DNA of 64,000 nt from an uncultured bacterium (GCA_963749495.1 CAVVMW010000005.1:32001-96000); one strand, 5' to 3'; numbered from the stretch's first letter, positions 22,025 through 32,573 are shown. Notes: generated by a model from the letters alone, not told the origin. Numbers and translations are program-made.

Positions 22025-22914
22025 ATGGATATAAAAAAAGTTCTCCTCACGCAATCCTGAACCGCTTTGCCGATGACCTGGCTCTGCTGCCGCTCCAGCC
22101 CCGAAGCCAAGAGATCTACTGGGTCTGTGTACGCCAACTCTCCGATCACTTTGAGCGCTCGCCCAACTTGGTCAGCGCCGAGGAACTGCGCCAGTATTTC
22201 ATCCATCTCAAGACCGAGCGGCACTTGGCCCGCCAAACCTCCACGCAGGCTTTGTGTGCCATCAAACTCTTCTGGGAGAAAACCCTCCAGCGGCCCTGGC
22301 CCGCGGAACTGGAGTTTGTGCGCGCCACGCCCCAATTCAAGCTGCCAGTTATCCTCTCGGCCTCCGAGGTGCGCACGATTATCGCCCAGGTTGGCCCTCT
22401 GGACCATCGGGTCGCCCTGACGACGATCTACTCCTGTGGCCTGCGCTTGGGCGAAGCCGTCAACCTGGAAGTCGGCGACATCGATTCCCAACGGATGTTC
22501 TTGCACATCCGGGCGGGCAAGGGCAACCGCAACCGTTATGTGCCCTTGCCCCAGCGCACCCTGGAACTGCTGCGCGAACTCTGGCGCAGCCACCGCCATC
22601 CACGATGGCTCTTCCCAGCTAAAGGCCACAGCGGTCTGGGCGCTCTTACCGCCACCGAGCCCATGAACCGCACCACGCTGCAACGAGCCTTCCGTCTGGC
22701 CCTGCACGCCAGCGGCATCAAAAAGGCGGCCCACATTCATACGCTGCGCCACAGCTATGCCACCCACCTGCTGGAGCAAGGCGAAAACCTCCGCCAATTG
22801 CAGGTCAACCTCGGCCATCACAGCCCCGTCACCACCGTCATCTACACCCACTTAACCACCCTCTGTCAGACTCAGCACCAGCAGCGCATTAACAAGTTCA
22901 TGGGCAACCTCTAG
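22025..22914 (+). CDS. Tyrosine recombinase (integron/phage-integrase-like, N-terminal SAM-like domain)
   Basis: YSCGLRLGE (R), GKGN (K), HTLRHSYATHLLE, LGH, IYTH (Y); the likely ATG at 22025 is out of frame across an A7 run. Confidence 0.9.
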
Positions 22915-22925
22915 GCGGCCTCTCA

Positions 22926-24169
22926 ATGGCCGCAGCCGCTCAGGACAGCGGCAAGCTCCTTATCCGTCCACGACGTGTTGTGCCGATGGGCTCCGGCCTA
23001 TCTGGAGCAGTTCGGAGCTGCCATGCCCACCCGCCAGTGCCGGGTGCTGCAACGCCTCTTGGCTTGCCGCACCCCGGCCCTGGGCGGGGCGATGTACTGT
23101 TGCCCCAAGTGCGACCACCGCCACTTCAGTTATCACTCCTGCAACGACCGGCACTGCCCGCAGTGCGGCGGCCAGGATGCCCAGCAGTGGCTTGATGAGA
23201 ATAGCGCCCTGTTGCTGCCGGTGAACTATTTCCTGGTCACCTTCACCGTGCCCAACGGCTTGCGCCGCTGGATCCGCTCTCACCCCCAAAAGGGCTATGA
23301 CCTGCTCCTGGCCGCCAGTTCCCAGGCCCTGCAGGATCTGGGTCAAAATCCCAAACGCCTCGGCGCCACCCTCGGTATGCTGGGCGTGCTCCACACCTGG
23401 ACGCGCACCCTCGAATACCATCCCCACGTCCACTACCTGGTGCCCGGCGGGGGCCTCAGCCCGGACCAGCGCCAGTGGATCTCCAGCCGCCCTCGGTTCC
23501 TGTTGCCGGTCAAAGCCCTGAGCGATCGCTGCCGCACGCTTTTCCAGGCGGCACTCCAAAAGCAGATGCCCGAGGCCCTTGCCCTCCTGCCGGCCAAAGT
23601 CTGGCAGCAACGCTGGGTCGTTCACAGCGCTGCTGTCGGCAGGGGCCAAAAGGCGTTGCGCTACCTTAGCCGTTACGTGTTTAAAACCGCCACCGGCAAT
23701 CGCCAACTCCAATTGCTGGCTGACGGACGCTTGCGCTGGCCCTTCCGCCACAGTGCCACGGGGGCTTGGGGCCACATCAACATGGCCCCCTTCGAGTTCC
23801 TCCGCCGCTTCCTCCAGCACGTCCTGCCGCCCAGATTCCATCGGGTCCGCCGCTTTGGCTGGCTCCATCCAGGGGGACGCGCCCAGTTCAACCGCATCCG
23901 AGCCCCTGCTCAAAATACCGCCCTTACTCTCGGCGGCCGAGCAAGCCGCTTGGCAGCCTCCGACCTCCAGCCCGCCGACTGACCCGGCCTTGGCCGCTCA
24001 AGGAGTCTCCGCCCAGCCCACACCCCTGCCTGTCCGGCAGGCAGGCCTGCTTTGTCCGCATTGTGGCACCGGGTTGGTCCTGGTCGGCTCCTGGCGCCCA
24101 TGGGACAACGTCATCCACTTGCCCGACGGCTCCCCCGTCGGCGTCCGCCGCACCATCAGGCCGCCATGA
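22926..24169 (+). CDS. IS91-family HUH (Y2) transposase with zinc-binding domain, two apparent frameshifts
   Basis: CPKC...HSCNDRHCPQC, FLVTFTVP, HPHVH (HUH), YLSRY (Y2), FLQHVLP...RVRRFG, C-terminal CPHC...RPP. Confidence 0.9.
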
Positions 24170-24562
24170 AAACTACGCCCTGGACCACCTCACTGCTCGT
24201 TCCGGCTGGGGGGCCAACTCCCACCCCCGCGCTTTGTTCGCGTGGCACCCGCTTGAGCGTCCCAACTGGCCAGTGGCCAATCCCGGAGCCTCGACAACGC
24301 TGCCGCCCCGTCAGCACCGGGACTGGCGCAGGTTGGCACGGCTCTGGCCCGTCCCCAAAAGCCTCGACCGCAGACCGTAGTCAAAGGCAAATCCAGGACT
24401 TTCCGCAGTACCCCCAAGGATGGCCCAACGAACCTTGGGCCGCGGCTTCGTTCAACCCAGGAATGTAGAGAACACGGGGGCGGACCCAACTTCTCCAAAG
24501 TCACTTCTGTATTCCCGAGTCCCGCCTTATCTCGCCCCCGCGTTCTCTACATTCCTTTTTCT

Positions 24563-25035
24563 GTTGTATGGAACCCGCCGGAGTTCTTGTCCCACACTGC
24601 GACGCCTTGGCCGACGCCAAAGCCTGCGGGGTCGGCCACGGTGATCTGTTCCTCGCCGTAATCGCCGTCCACCGTGAGGGGCGAGGCCACTGAGGGGGCC
24701 TTGCGCAGGATGGTTTGGCCCGGGGTGCCGCGCACCGTCACTTGGGGCCGCAGATGGAGCGAGTCCCGCATCAGGTAGTCGCCGGGCCCGATCTCGACAA
24801 CCCCGCCGCCCAGGCCGGCGACATACTCGACGGCGGCCTGGAGTGCCCGGTTGTCGGCGCCTGTGATGTCGCCGGCGCGCAGGCCGACGGTGACGCGGGG
24901 CCGGTCTTTGACGGGGCCGTGCATGGCGCGGGGGACTTGCGTGGGATCGGCGCTGGCAGCGGGATCTGCCGCCAAGGCGGCAACGACGCCACTCAGGCAC
25001 GCCAGGGCCAGAAACGCTCTTGTCTTCATCTTCAT
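24563..25035 (-). pseudogene. N-terminal part of the split secreted beta-helix protein
   Basis: Signal peptide MKMKTRAFLALAC; DNRALQAAVEYVAGLGGGVVEIGPGDY (pectate-lyase-3-like N-terminus). Confidence 0.85.
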
Positions 25036-25096
25036 GTGGTCAACGCCCGCCATTAGACTCCTGCGCAGGCCGGGCGTCAACAGTTGCCGCCTCCAG

Positions 25097-25209
25097 TCGC
25101 TTATGTCCCTTTTGTCCTTTTTGTCCCTTGCAGGTCCTGCCCATACAAGGGACAAAAGGGACATAAGGGACAAAAGGGACAAAAGGGACATAAGGGACAT
25201 AAGGGACAT
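25097..25209. repeat. Inverted arrays of 9-mer AAGGGACA(T/A)
   Basis: About 3 reverse units, a spacer, then 7 forward units. Confidence 0.9.
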
Positions 25210-25260
25210 TACGAAATTTGCCTTTGACGGCGGGCGACAACCTTCTATTTTGGCGATGGC

Positions 25261-25947
25261 ATGAAACATTCCGGCAAGGCCAGGCGCGCAGCGTTCAAGC
25301 TGATTGGGCTGTCGCTAGTCGCGGTGGCAGTGGTCTGGGCGCTCGGTCTGCTGATCATGTTCATGGGGTTGTCGCTGATGGTGATTGCTCCTGGGTTGGT
25401 GGGGATTTGGGCGCTGTTTTCGGTGTTCACGCTCTACTTTTTCCGGGACCCGACGCCGCGGGTGCCAGCCGGGGCGAACCTGGTGGTCTCGCCGGCCCAC
25501 GCCCGGGTGGACGTGATCGACACGTGCGTCGAGCCGGAGTTCATGGGCGGGGAATGCCAGCGCGTCTCGATGTTTCTGTCGGTGTTCGATGTCCACGTGG
25601 AGTGTGCGCCCGTGAGCGGCACGGTGGCGCTGGTGCGCTACACGATGGGGCAGTTCGTGAACGCGCTCAAGACCGAGTCCGCCGCGAACAATGAGAACGT
25701 GCTGTTGGGGTTCGAGGCGAGCGAACCGCGCGGGCAGAAGTTGGCGGTGCGCCTCATCGCCGGGGCCATTGCCCGGCGCATCGTGACCTACGTCTGCCCG
25801 GGCGAGGAGGTGGCGCGCGGCGATCGCATCAGCCTCATCCAGTTCGGTTCCCGGGCCGATGTGTACCTGCCCGCCAACGCGCGCATCCATGTCAAGCTCG
25901 GCCAGCACGTGGTCGGCGGCGAAACCGTCCTGGCCATCTTCGATTAA
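25261..25947 (+). CDS. psd: Phosphatidylserine decarboxylase proenzyme
   Basis: FFRDP, SPAHA, FLSVFDVH, NNEN, IAGAIARRI, QFGSR cleavage motif; adjacent pssA. Confidence 0.92.
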   Translation: MKHSGKARRAAFKLIGLSLVAVAVVWALGLLIMFMGLSLMVIAPGLVGIWALFSVFTLYFFRDPTPRVPAGANLVVSPAHARVDVIDTCVEPEFMGGECQRVSMFLSVFDVHVECAPVSGTVALVRYTMGQFVNALKTESAANNENVLLGFEASEPRGQKLAVRLIAGAIARRIVTYVCPGEEVARGDRISLIQFGSRADVYLPANARIHVKLGQHVVGGETVLAIFD

Positions 25948-25965
25948 CTGTTACGGTCTGTGGCC

Positions 25966-26826
25966 ATGGCTGCCTCCTCCCCCTCTCCTCCGTGCGATGA
26001 CTCCGCTGAGCCCAAGCTCAAGATCTACTTCCTGCCCAACCTCCTGACGGCCGGCAACCTGTTTTGCGGTTTCGTGGCCCTGACCAAGATCGTCGAGGCC
26101 GACCTGAACACGGGCAATTTCTATCCCATCAAGGTGGCGCTGGGGTTCATCCTCCTGGCGTGCATCTTCGACCTGTTCGACGGCCGCCTGGCCCGGATGG
26201 GCGGCATCGAAAGCCCGTTCGGCCGCGAATTCGATTCGCTGGCCGATTTGATCTCGTTCGGCGCCGCCCCCGCCTTCCTCGTGCACCGGGTGGTGCTCAG
26301 GGACGTCTTCACCGTTCACCCGGAGCTGGGCTGGTTCATCGCCTCGATCTATCTCATCTGCGGCGCCTTCCGCCTGGCGCGGTTCAACTGCCTGGCCACT
26401 CAACCCGGCCGCGGGGCCGGCAAGGATTTCCTGGGCTTCCCCATCCCTTCGGCGGCGGGCCTGGTTGCCTCGCTCACCTTGCTCATCATCCAACTCAACG
26501 AGAAGGACAAATCGCTGGGCCCCTGGAAGTACGTCCCCGCCGTAGTGCTGCTCTTTCTCTCTGCCATGATGGTCAGCACCATCAAGTACCCCAGCTTCAA
26601 GTCTTTGGGCCTGCGCTCCGTGAGCACGTTCACCAAGGCGCTTATCTTCTCCCTGGTCCTGGGGCTCATCCTGGTTTGGTGGCGCACGCTCATCTTCTAC
26701 GCCATGCCGGCGTTCTTCACCCTTTACCTGGTTTATGGCCTCATCCGCCCGCGCATCTCCCGCGAAGTGCGCCGCGAAATCGAGGAAGACGAGGACGAGG
26801 AGGACGTGGAGAATGACCCGCCGTGA
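25966..26826 (+). CDS. pssA: CDP-diacylglycerol--serine O-phosphatidyltransferase
   Basis: LPNLLTAGNLFCGF, DLFDGRLAR...FGREFDSLADLISFG, RLARFN, FLGFPIP. Confidence 0.93.
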   Translation: MAASSPSPPCDDSAEPKLKIYFLPNLLTAGNLFCGFVALTKIVEADLNTGNFYPIKVALGFILLACIFDLFDGRLARMGGIESPFGREFDSLADLISFGAAPAFLVHRVVLRDVFTVHPELGWFIASIYLICGAFRLARFNCLATQPGRGAGKDFLGFPIPSAAGLVASLTLLIIQLNEKDKSLGPWKYVPAVVLLFLSAMMVSTIKYPSFKSLGLRSVSTFTKALIFSLVLGLILVWWRTLIFYAMPAFFTLYLVYGLIRPRISREVRREIEEDEDEEDVENDPP

Positions 26827-26904
26827 GGGCGGCGAGGGCGATGGAAATATGCTTTACAAGCCCCCGTGTTCGGCGGTATTGTTTATTCCAGAACTGAACA
26901 GTTT

Positions 26905-27348
26905 ATGCGAAATAGAATCCCTTTCCTGGCCGGCCTGGTCCTGGTTGGCCTCATAGTCGGCGGGTGCGCCAACTCTGAGAAGAAGCTCGGGCGCGGCCTC
27001 AGCAATAGTTTCGAAATCGTGCGGATGGGCGAATTCCGCCGCACCTTCGAGCAGTCCTGCCTCTTTGACGGCCCCAATGTGGGCTACACGCGCGGAGCGA
27101 TTCACGGCCTGAACCGCAGCCTGGCCCGGACCGGCATTGGGCTTTACGAGGTGCTCACCTCCCCGTTCCCGCCCTACGACCCGATCTTCACCGACTATTT
27201 CGCTCCCGGCCCTGTGTTTCCGGACAATTTCCAGCCGAGCCTGATCGAAGACCCGTCCCTGTCCACCGACACCAACCTGGGTTTCAGCGGCGGCGACATT
27301 GCCCCCTTTGTGCCCAACAGCCGGTTCCGCGTTTTCGAAACGCATTAG
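26905..27348 (+). CDS. Lipoprotein, TIGR04073-like (exosortase-system-associated) family
   Basis: Lipobox VGGC; KLGRGLSN; ARTGIGLYEVLTSPFP. Confidence 0.65.
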   Translation: MRNRIPFLAGLVLVGLIVGGCANSEKKLGRGLSNSFEIVRMGEFRRTFEQSCLFDGPNVGYTRGAIHGLNRSLARTGIGLYEVLTSPFPPYDPIFTDYFAPGPVFPDNFQPSLIEDPSLSTDTNLGFSGGDIAPFVPNSRFRVFETH

Positions 27349-27413
27349 TCGGCAGCCCGCATCGAGGGTCAAGGGGCGAGGGGCAACCCAAATCCTCGCC
27401 TAAGAGTTTTGAG

Positions 27414-27482
27414 GAACCGCGGAATACGCGGAATACGCGGAAAAGAAAGGGCCTTCCGCGTATTCTGCGTATTCCGCGGTTC
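27414..27482. repeat. Palindromic 9-mer element (CGCGGAATA)n
   Basis: GAACCGCGGAATACGCGGAATACGCGGAA...TTCCGCGTATTCTGCGTATTCCGCGGTTC. Confidence 0.9.
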
Positions 27483-27696
27483 TCTATTAAATCTCGATTG
27501 GCATGAAACATGAGGCGGTCCCGTTTTGCTGGTCCTCCGCGCCGCACCCAATCCTTAGGCGCGGTTCTGGGGGCAAGCGCATCGGGTCCGGTGGGCGGCG
27601 TTCGCATGGGGAGCCTCCTGTGCGTTTTCATATCCGTGCGCATCCGTCCCGCTTGGCCGAATGCGCGGTTGAAACCGCTGGACGGCCGGATTTAGG

Positions 27697-28575
27697 ATGA
27701 CTCTCGAAAGACAGTCGCCTTGCAAAGTCAACCTGCTGCTGAACATCCTCGGCAAGCGGGCCGATGGGTTTCACGAACTGGAGAGCGTCATGCACCCCGT
27801 GGCGGTGTGTGATCGACTCACCTTCACCCGGGCGGACCGGGGCCTGGAGCTCGCCTGCAGCGAGCCGAGTCTGCCGACCGACTCGCGCAACCTGGCCTAT
27901 CGCGCCGCCGAGCTGTTTCTTGAGGCGGCTCAAATCCGCGAGGGCGTCCGCCTGCGCCTGGACAAACAGATCCCGCTGGCAGCGGGCCTGGGCGGCGGCA
28001 GCGGCGACGCCGCCAACACGCTCCTGGGGTTGAACGAACTCTTCGGCGCCCCGCTTGGGCTCGAGACCCTGCACTCGCTGGCGGCGCGTTGCGGCTCGGA
28101 CGTGCCATTCTTCCTGCACTCGACCCCCGCCCTGGCCACCGGGCGCGGCGAGCAGATCCAGCCGCTGGGGCCCTTTGCCGCCCTCGATGGCGCCGCTTTC
28201 CTGTTGATTCACCCGGGCTTCGGCGTCGCCACGGCCTGGGCCTATCAGCAACTGGCGCGGTTCCCCGAGGCCCTGCGCGGCCGCGCGGGGCGCGCCCGCA
28301 CACTGGTGGCCCTGCTGCAGAAGGCCGACGCCGGGCTCGAACGCATCGGCCTGGAGTTCTATAATTCCCTGGAGGCGCCCGTCCTTGGGAAGTACCCGCT
28401 CCTGGCCATCTTCCAGGAGTTCCTCCGCGCCAATGGCGCCGCCGCTGTGCTGATGAGCGGCAGCGGCTCCACTACCTTTGCCGTCCTTCCCAGCCCCGCC
28501 GCCGCCCAGGCCCTCGACCAGAAGTTCAAGGCCAAGTTCGGCTCCAGATACTGGACCGCCGTGGTGCCGGTGTGA
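27697..28575 (+). CDS. ispE: 4-diphosphocytidyl-2-C-methyl-D-erythritol kinase
   Basis: SPCKVNLLL...KRADGFHELES, KQIPLAAGLGGGSGDAA, GSDVPFF, MSGSGST. Confidence 0.97.
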   Translation: MTLERQSPCKVNLLLNILGKRADGFHELESVMHPVAVCDRLTFTRADRGLELACSEPSLPTDSRNLAYRAAELFLEAAQIREGVRLRLDKQIPLAAGLGGGSGDAANTLLGLNELFGAPLGLETLHSLAARCGSDVPFFLHSTPALATGRGEQIQPLGPFAALDGAAFLLIHPGFGVATAWAYQQLARFPEALRGRAGRARTLVALLQKADAGLERIGLEFYNSLEAPVLGKYPLLAIFQEFLRANGAAAVLMSGSGSTTFAVLPSPAAAQALDQKFKAKFGSRYWTAVVPV

Positions 28576-28818
28576 CCGAGGGGCCATGCCGTCCCTTTGG
28601 GTGTATCCCGGAGTGCGCCCGTGCCCGGGCGCAGCAGCGACGGAGCGGGCAGGCGCGCCGGCGTACTTGACTGCTGCCCTGGCTGCGGGCGTTGCTGCGC
28701 GAGGACGGGCGCACTCCGGGGGCGGTGTGGGGAAACGCGTCCCTTTGGCCGCTTGCATTGGCGCCGGCGCCCACAAATGTATAGCGATCCGGGGCCTGCC
28801 ACACTAGATTCAGAGGAC

Positions 28819-29799
28819 ATGAATGTAGCGTTGAACGAACAAGTGCAGGCGGCGGCGGCCTGGATAGGGAAGCTCCGGACGGAGATCGGCAAGGTCATCG
28901 TGGGCCAGGAGGCCTTGGTGGATCGGCTGCTGGTGGGCCTGCTGGCCAACGGACATGTCCTGCTGGAGGGGGTGCCGGGCCTGGCCAAAACGCTCTCGGT
29001 CCGCACCCTGGCAGCGGCCATCCAGGCCTCGTTTCATCGCATCCAGTTCACGCCGGACCTGCTGCCGGCGGACATCGTCGGCACCCTGATCTATAACCCG
29101 CACGACGGCCAGTACCGCGCGACCAAGGGCCCGGTGTTCGCCAATTTCGTGCTGGCCGATGAGATCAACCGGGCTCCGGCCAAGGTGCAGTCGGCCCTGC
29201 TGGAGACGATGCAGGAACGGCAGGTGACCCTCGGCGGCGAGACCATGCCTCTGCCCTCGCCCTTCCTGGTCCTGGCCACCGAAAACCCCATCGACCAGGA
29301 AGGCACTTATCCCTTGCCGGAGGCCCAGGTGGACCGTTTCATGTTCAAGGTCCTGGTGGACTACCCTTCCTTCGACCAGGAGCGAAAGATCCTCGACCGG
29401 ATGGCCTTCACGGCCCCGGAGACCGGCGTCCAGCCCGTCATCCCCCTGGACGAAATCCTCCAGACCCGCAAGCTGGTCGACCAGATTCACGTCAATGAGA
29501 AGGTCCGGGATTACGTCGTCCACCTGGTCTTCGCCACGCGCAAACCAGAGCAGTATCAACTGGACCTCAAGCATTTCATCCAGTTCGGCGCCTCGCCGCG
29601 CGCGACGATCTACCTGACCTTGGCCGCGCGCGCCTGGGCGCTGCTCCAGGGCCGCGCTTACGTCACCCCTGAGGACGTCAAGAGCATCGGCCCGGACGTC
29701 CTGCGCCATCGCATCATTCTCACCTACGAAGCCGAGGCCCAGGCCGTGACGACCGATGCCATCATCAAGAAGATCTTCAACGCGGTGCCGGTGCCATGA
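28819..29799 (+). CDS. moxR: MoxR family AAA+ ATPase
   Basis: GVPGLAKT, RIQFTPDLLPAD, LADEINRAPAKVQSALLE, GTYPLPEAQVDRF. Confidence 0.95.
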   Translation: MNVALNEQVQAAAAWIGKLRTEIGKVIVGQEALVDRLLVGLLANGHVLLEGVPGLAKTLSVRTLAAAIQASFHRIQFTPDLLPADIVGTLIYNPHDGQYRATKGPVFANFVLADEINRAPAKVQSALLETMQERQVTLGGETMPLPSPFLVLATENPIDQEGTYPLPEAQVDRFMFKVLVDYPSFDQERKILDRMAFTAPETGVQPVIPLDEILQTRKLVDQIHVNEKVRDYVVHLVFATRKPEQYQLDLKHFIQFGASPRATIYLTLAARAWALLQGRAYVTPEDVKSIGPDVLRHRIILTYEAEAQAVTTDAIIKKIFNAVPVP

Positions 29800-29809
29800 T
29801 TATAGTTAA

Positions 29810-30718
29810 ATGAACGTTGCTGAGTTACTCGAGTCAGTCCGGCGCATCGAGGTCCGCACCAACCGCCTGGTCAACGATACCATGGTAGGGGCCTACTTGA
29901 GCCACTTCAAAGGCCGGGGCATGGATTTCGAGGAGTTGCGCGAGTACATCCCGGGCGACGAGGTCCGTGATATCGACTGGAACGTGACCTACCGGATGGG
30001 CCGGCCTTTCGTGAAACGTTACCGCGAGGAGCGGGAGTTGGCGATTGTGCTGGCGGTGGACGTCTCGGCCTCGTCTGCCTTCGGCTCGGTGCGGCGGAGC
30101 AAGCGCCAGTTTGCCGCCGAGATCGCCGCCACGCTGGCCATTTCCGCCTCGCGCAGCAGCGACAAGGTCGCCTTGCTCCTGTTCAGCGACCAGGTCGAGC
30201 TGTTCCTGCCGCCGCGCAAGGGCCGCTCCCACATACTGCGCCTGATTCGCGAAACGCTCGTCTTCGAGCCCAAGCGCCGCGGCACCCACATCCCCGCCGC
30301 CTTGGCCTTTCTGAACCACGTCCTGCACCGGCGCTCGATTGTCTTCCTGCTCACCGATTTCCTCCACAACTTCGGCGCCGCCGCCGCCGCCGGGCGCAGC
30401 ACCGTCCAGGAACTGGGCCTCACCAATGCGCGGCACGACCTGGTCTGCCTCCACTTGCACGACCCGCGCGAAAGCCAACTGCCCCCCGCCGGCCTCCTCA
30501 CCCTCGAAGACGCCGAGACGGGCGAATTGCTCGAGTTGGACTCCAACCGCAGCGTGGTGCGCGAGAAGTACGCCGCCACCAACGCCCAGCGATTGGCCGA
30601 ACTGGACCGCGCGCTCCGCCGCGCGGGCGTTGATACCCTCCGCTTCAGCACCACCGACTCCTTCGCCCAGACGCTCCAGCGCTTCTTCGAAACCCGGCGC
30701 GGAAGGAGGAGAGGATGA
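29810..30718 (+). CDS. DUF58 (VWA-like) protein
   Basis: FKGRGMDFEELREY, DIDWNVT, VKRYREERE, VDVSAS; follows moxR. Confidence 0.92.
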   Translation: MNVAELLESVRRIEVRTNRLVNDTMVGAYLSHFKGRGMDFEELREYIPGDEVRDIDWNVTYRMGRPFVKRYREERELAIVLAVDVSASSAFGSVRRSKRQFAAEIAATLAISASRSSDKVALLLFSDQVELFLPPRKGRSHILRLIRETLVFEPKRRGTHIPAALAFLNHVLHRRSIVFLLTDFLHNFGAAAAAGRSTVQELGLTNARHDLVCLHLHDPRESQLPPAGLLTLEDAETGELLELDSNRSVVREKYAATNAQRLAELDRALRRAGVDTLRFSTTDSFAQTLQRFFETRRGRRRG

Positions 30719-31362
30719 TTCGGATTCCAAATTTCAAATTTCAAATTTCAAATCTGGAATTTCAGATTTCAAATTGGAAATCTCAGACCCCGCTCCTGGC
30801 TTTGCTGTGCGCCGCGGCGACAAATGCCCCCGACCAAATCCCTCCTCTGCGCGCCCCGCGCGGCGAGCTGCCGCCGGGATTTTGGGAGGAATACGGGCTT
30901 TTGGTCGTGGTGGGCTCGGTGCTCGCGGCCACCTTGCTGGCAATAGCCGCCTGGTTTCTCGCACGGCCCAAGCCGGTGGCGCCTCTGGCGCCGGACGTCG
31001 TGGCCCGCCAGGCCCTCGGGCCCTTGGTCCGCCAGGCGGAAGACGGGGCAGTGTTGAGCGGTGTTTCGCAAATCCTGCGCCGCTACCTCACGGCGGCCTT
31101 TGGTCTGCCGCCCGAGGAATTGACGTGCACGGAGTTCTGCGGCGCGCTGCGCCGATGTGAGGAAGCGGGACCGGAGTTGTCGGCGGCCATCGCAGAGTTC
31201 CTCCGCCTCAACGACGAGCGGAAGTTCGCGCCCGGGGCGGCGCAACCGGCATCCGGAGCGGCCGAGCAGGCCCTCAACTTCATCGAGGCCTCCGAGCAGC
31301 GCCTGGCCCGGCAGCGCCCAGGTCCGGGCGGCGCAGAGAGGATGCATGACCGGCAACCTTGA
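30715..31362 (+). CDS. Membrane protein of the bat-like operon (DUF4381-like)
   Basis: ATGA coupling to DUF58; one TM segment; ILRRYL...ELTCTEF...DERKFAP. Confidence 0.75.
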   Translation: MIRIPNFKFQISNLEFQISNWKSQTPLLALLCAAATNAPDQIPPLRAPRGELPPGFWEEYGLLVVVGSVLAATLLAIAAWFLARPKPVAPLAPDVVARQALGPLVRQAEDGAVLSGVSQILRRYLTAAFGLPPEELTCTEFCGALRRCEEAGPELSAAIAEFLRLNDERKFAPGAAQPASGAAEQALNFIEASEQRLARQRPGPGGAERMHDRQP

Positions 31363-32386
31363 ATTTCAATATCCGTGGGTGCTTGGGCTGTTGGCCCTGC
31401 TGCCCATCTATGCCTTCCTGCACGGGCGTCCGGGCAGGCTCTCGGCCCTGCGGTTTCCGAGCGCGGACCTGGCGCGGGCGGCGGGGGCGGCGGCGCGGGC
31501 GGCGGCCGGGCGGCTGCTGCTGTTCCTGCGCCTGCTGGCAGCGGGCTTGTGCGTGGTGGCCCTGGCCGGGCCCCGCTTTGCCAATGACCACACGGAGACC
31601 CAGGCCAGCGGTGTGGACATCATGCTCGTGCTCGATTTGTCGTGGTCCATGATGGCCCTGGACATGGGCGGCCCGCAGGAGCGCGTCTCCCGCTATGACA
31701 TCGCCTCCCAGGTGCTCGAGGATTTCATCCGCAAACGGCCCGGCGACCGCATGGGGCTGATCGTCTTCTCGGCCGTGCCCTACCTGGCCAGCCCGCTCAC
31801 GCTCAATCATGACTGGCTCATCGAAAACCTCCACCGCCTCCACGTCGGCCTCATCCGCGACCTGGGCACCGCCATCGGCGACGCCACTGCCGCCGCCGCC
31901 AAGCGCCTCAAGGCCATCCGCGACAGCAAGAGCCGCATCGCCATCGTCCTGACCGATGGGGACAACAACAAAGGCGAGATTGACCCAGTGCCGGCCGCGC
32001 AACTCGCCGCCGCCCTGGGCGAAAAGGTCTATACCATCGGTATCGGCATCGAACAGCCCTGCACCCTCTACGCCTTCGACCCGGCCACCGGCAAGCTCAA
32101 CCTGGACCCGGGCGGCAACCTCATCCCCACCATGACCCTCCAGCCCGCCAATTATAGTGTCCTGGGCAAAATGGCCTCGCTCTCCAAGGCGAAGTTCTAC
32201 CGCGCCACCAGCCGCCACGAACTCCAAAGCATCTACAATGACATCGACCGCCTCGAAAAAACCAAGGTCAAGCTCAGGCGCTTCACCACCTACCGGCCCC
32301 TCTTTCAGTGGCCCCTGCTGGCTGCCTTGGGCCTCTTCACCCTCGAAATGGCCCTGTCCAACACACGTTTGCGGAGGGTGCCGTGA
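31346..32386 (+). CDS. BatA-like VWA domain protein
   Basis: EFQYPW, LAGPR, DLSWSM (MIDAS), PLTLNH, GTAIGDA, LTDGDNN. Confidence 0.9.
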   Translation: MTGNLEFQYPWVLGLLALLPIYAFLHGRPGRLSALRFPSADLARAAGAAARAAAGRLLLFLRLLAAGLCVVALAGPRFANDHTETQASGVDIMLVLDLSWSMMALDMGGPQERVSRYDIASQVLEDFIRKRPGDRMGLIVFSAVPYLASPLTLNHDWLIENLHRLHVGLIRDLGTAIGDATAAAAKRLKAIRDSKSRIAIVLTDGDNNKGEIDPVPAAQLAAALGEKVYTIGIGIEQPCTLYAFDPATGKLNLDPGGNLIPTMTLQPANYSVLGKMASLSKAKFYRATSRHELQSIYNDIDRLEKTKVKLRRFTTYRPLFQWPLLAALGLFTLEMALSNTRLRRVP

Positions 32387-32391
32387 TACTT

Positions 32392-32573
32392 AGTCCACAG
32401 TCCACAGTCCACAGTCCACAGTCCACAGTCCACAGTCCACAGTCCACAGTCCGGATTCGTCATTCGTCATTCGTCATTCGTCATTCGTCATTCGAACGCC
32501 CATCATCACCCCCATTTTCCATCACGCGCCCCCATGGGCCGCACTCCGCACTCCGCACTCCGCACTCCGCACT
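32392..32573. repeat. Three different heptamer arrays in one intergenic gap
   Basis: (AGTCCAC)x8, (ATTCGTC)x5, (GCACTCC)x4. Confidence 0.97.

Larger units (their letters stand above)
21855..24562 (+). mobile_element. Tyrosine recombinase + IS91-family transposase element
   Basis: GTTG at 21851-21854 and 24563-24566; removal restores the host reading frame; two co-oriented mobility genes. Confidence 0.9.

Noticed and set aside
21931..22914. Classical integron (intI + attI + cassette array)
   Set aside because: Lacks the IntI-specific insertion, is co-oriented with a transposase, and has no cassette array; only the end structure is attC-like
25036..25269. N-terminal extension MSLMSLMSLLSLL of ORF 24547-25269
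   Set aside because: Translation of 9-mer repeats; a good signal peptide starts at 25035
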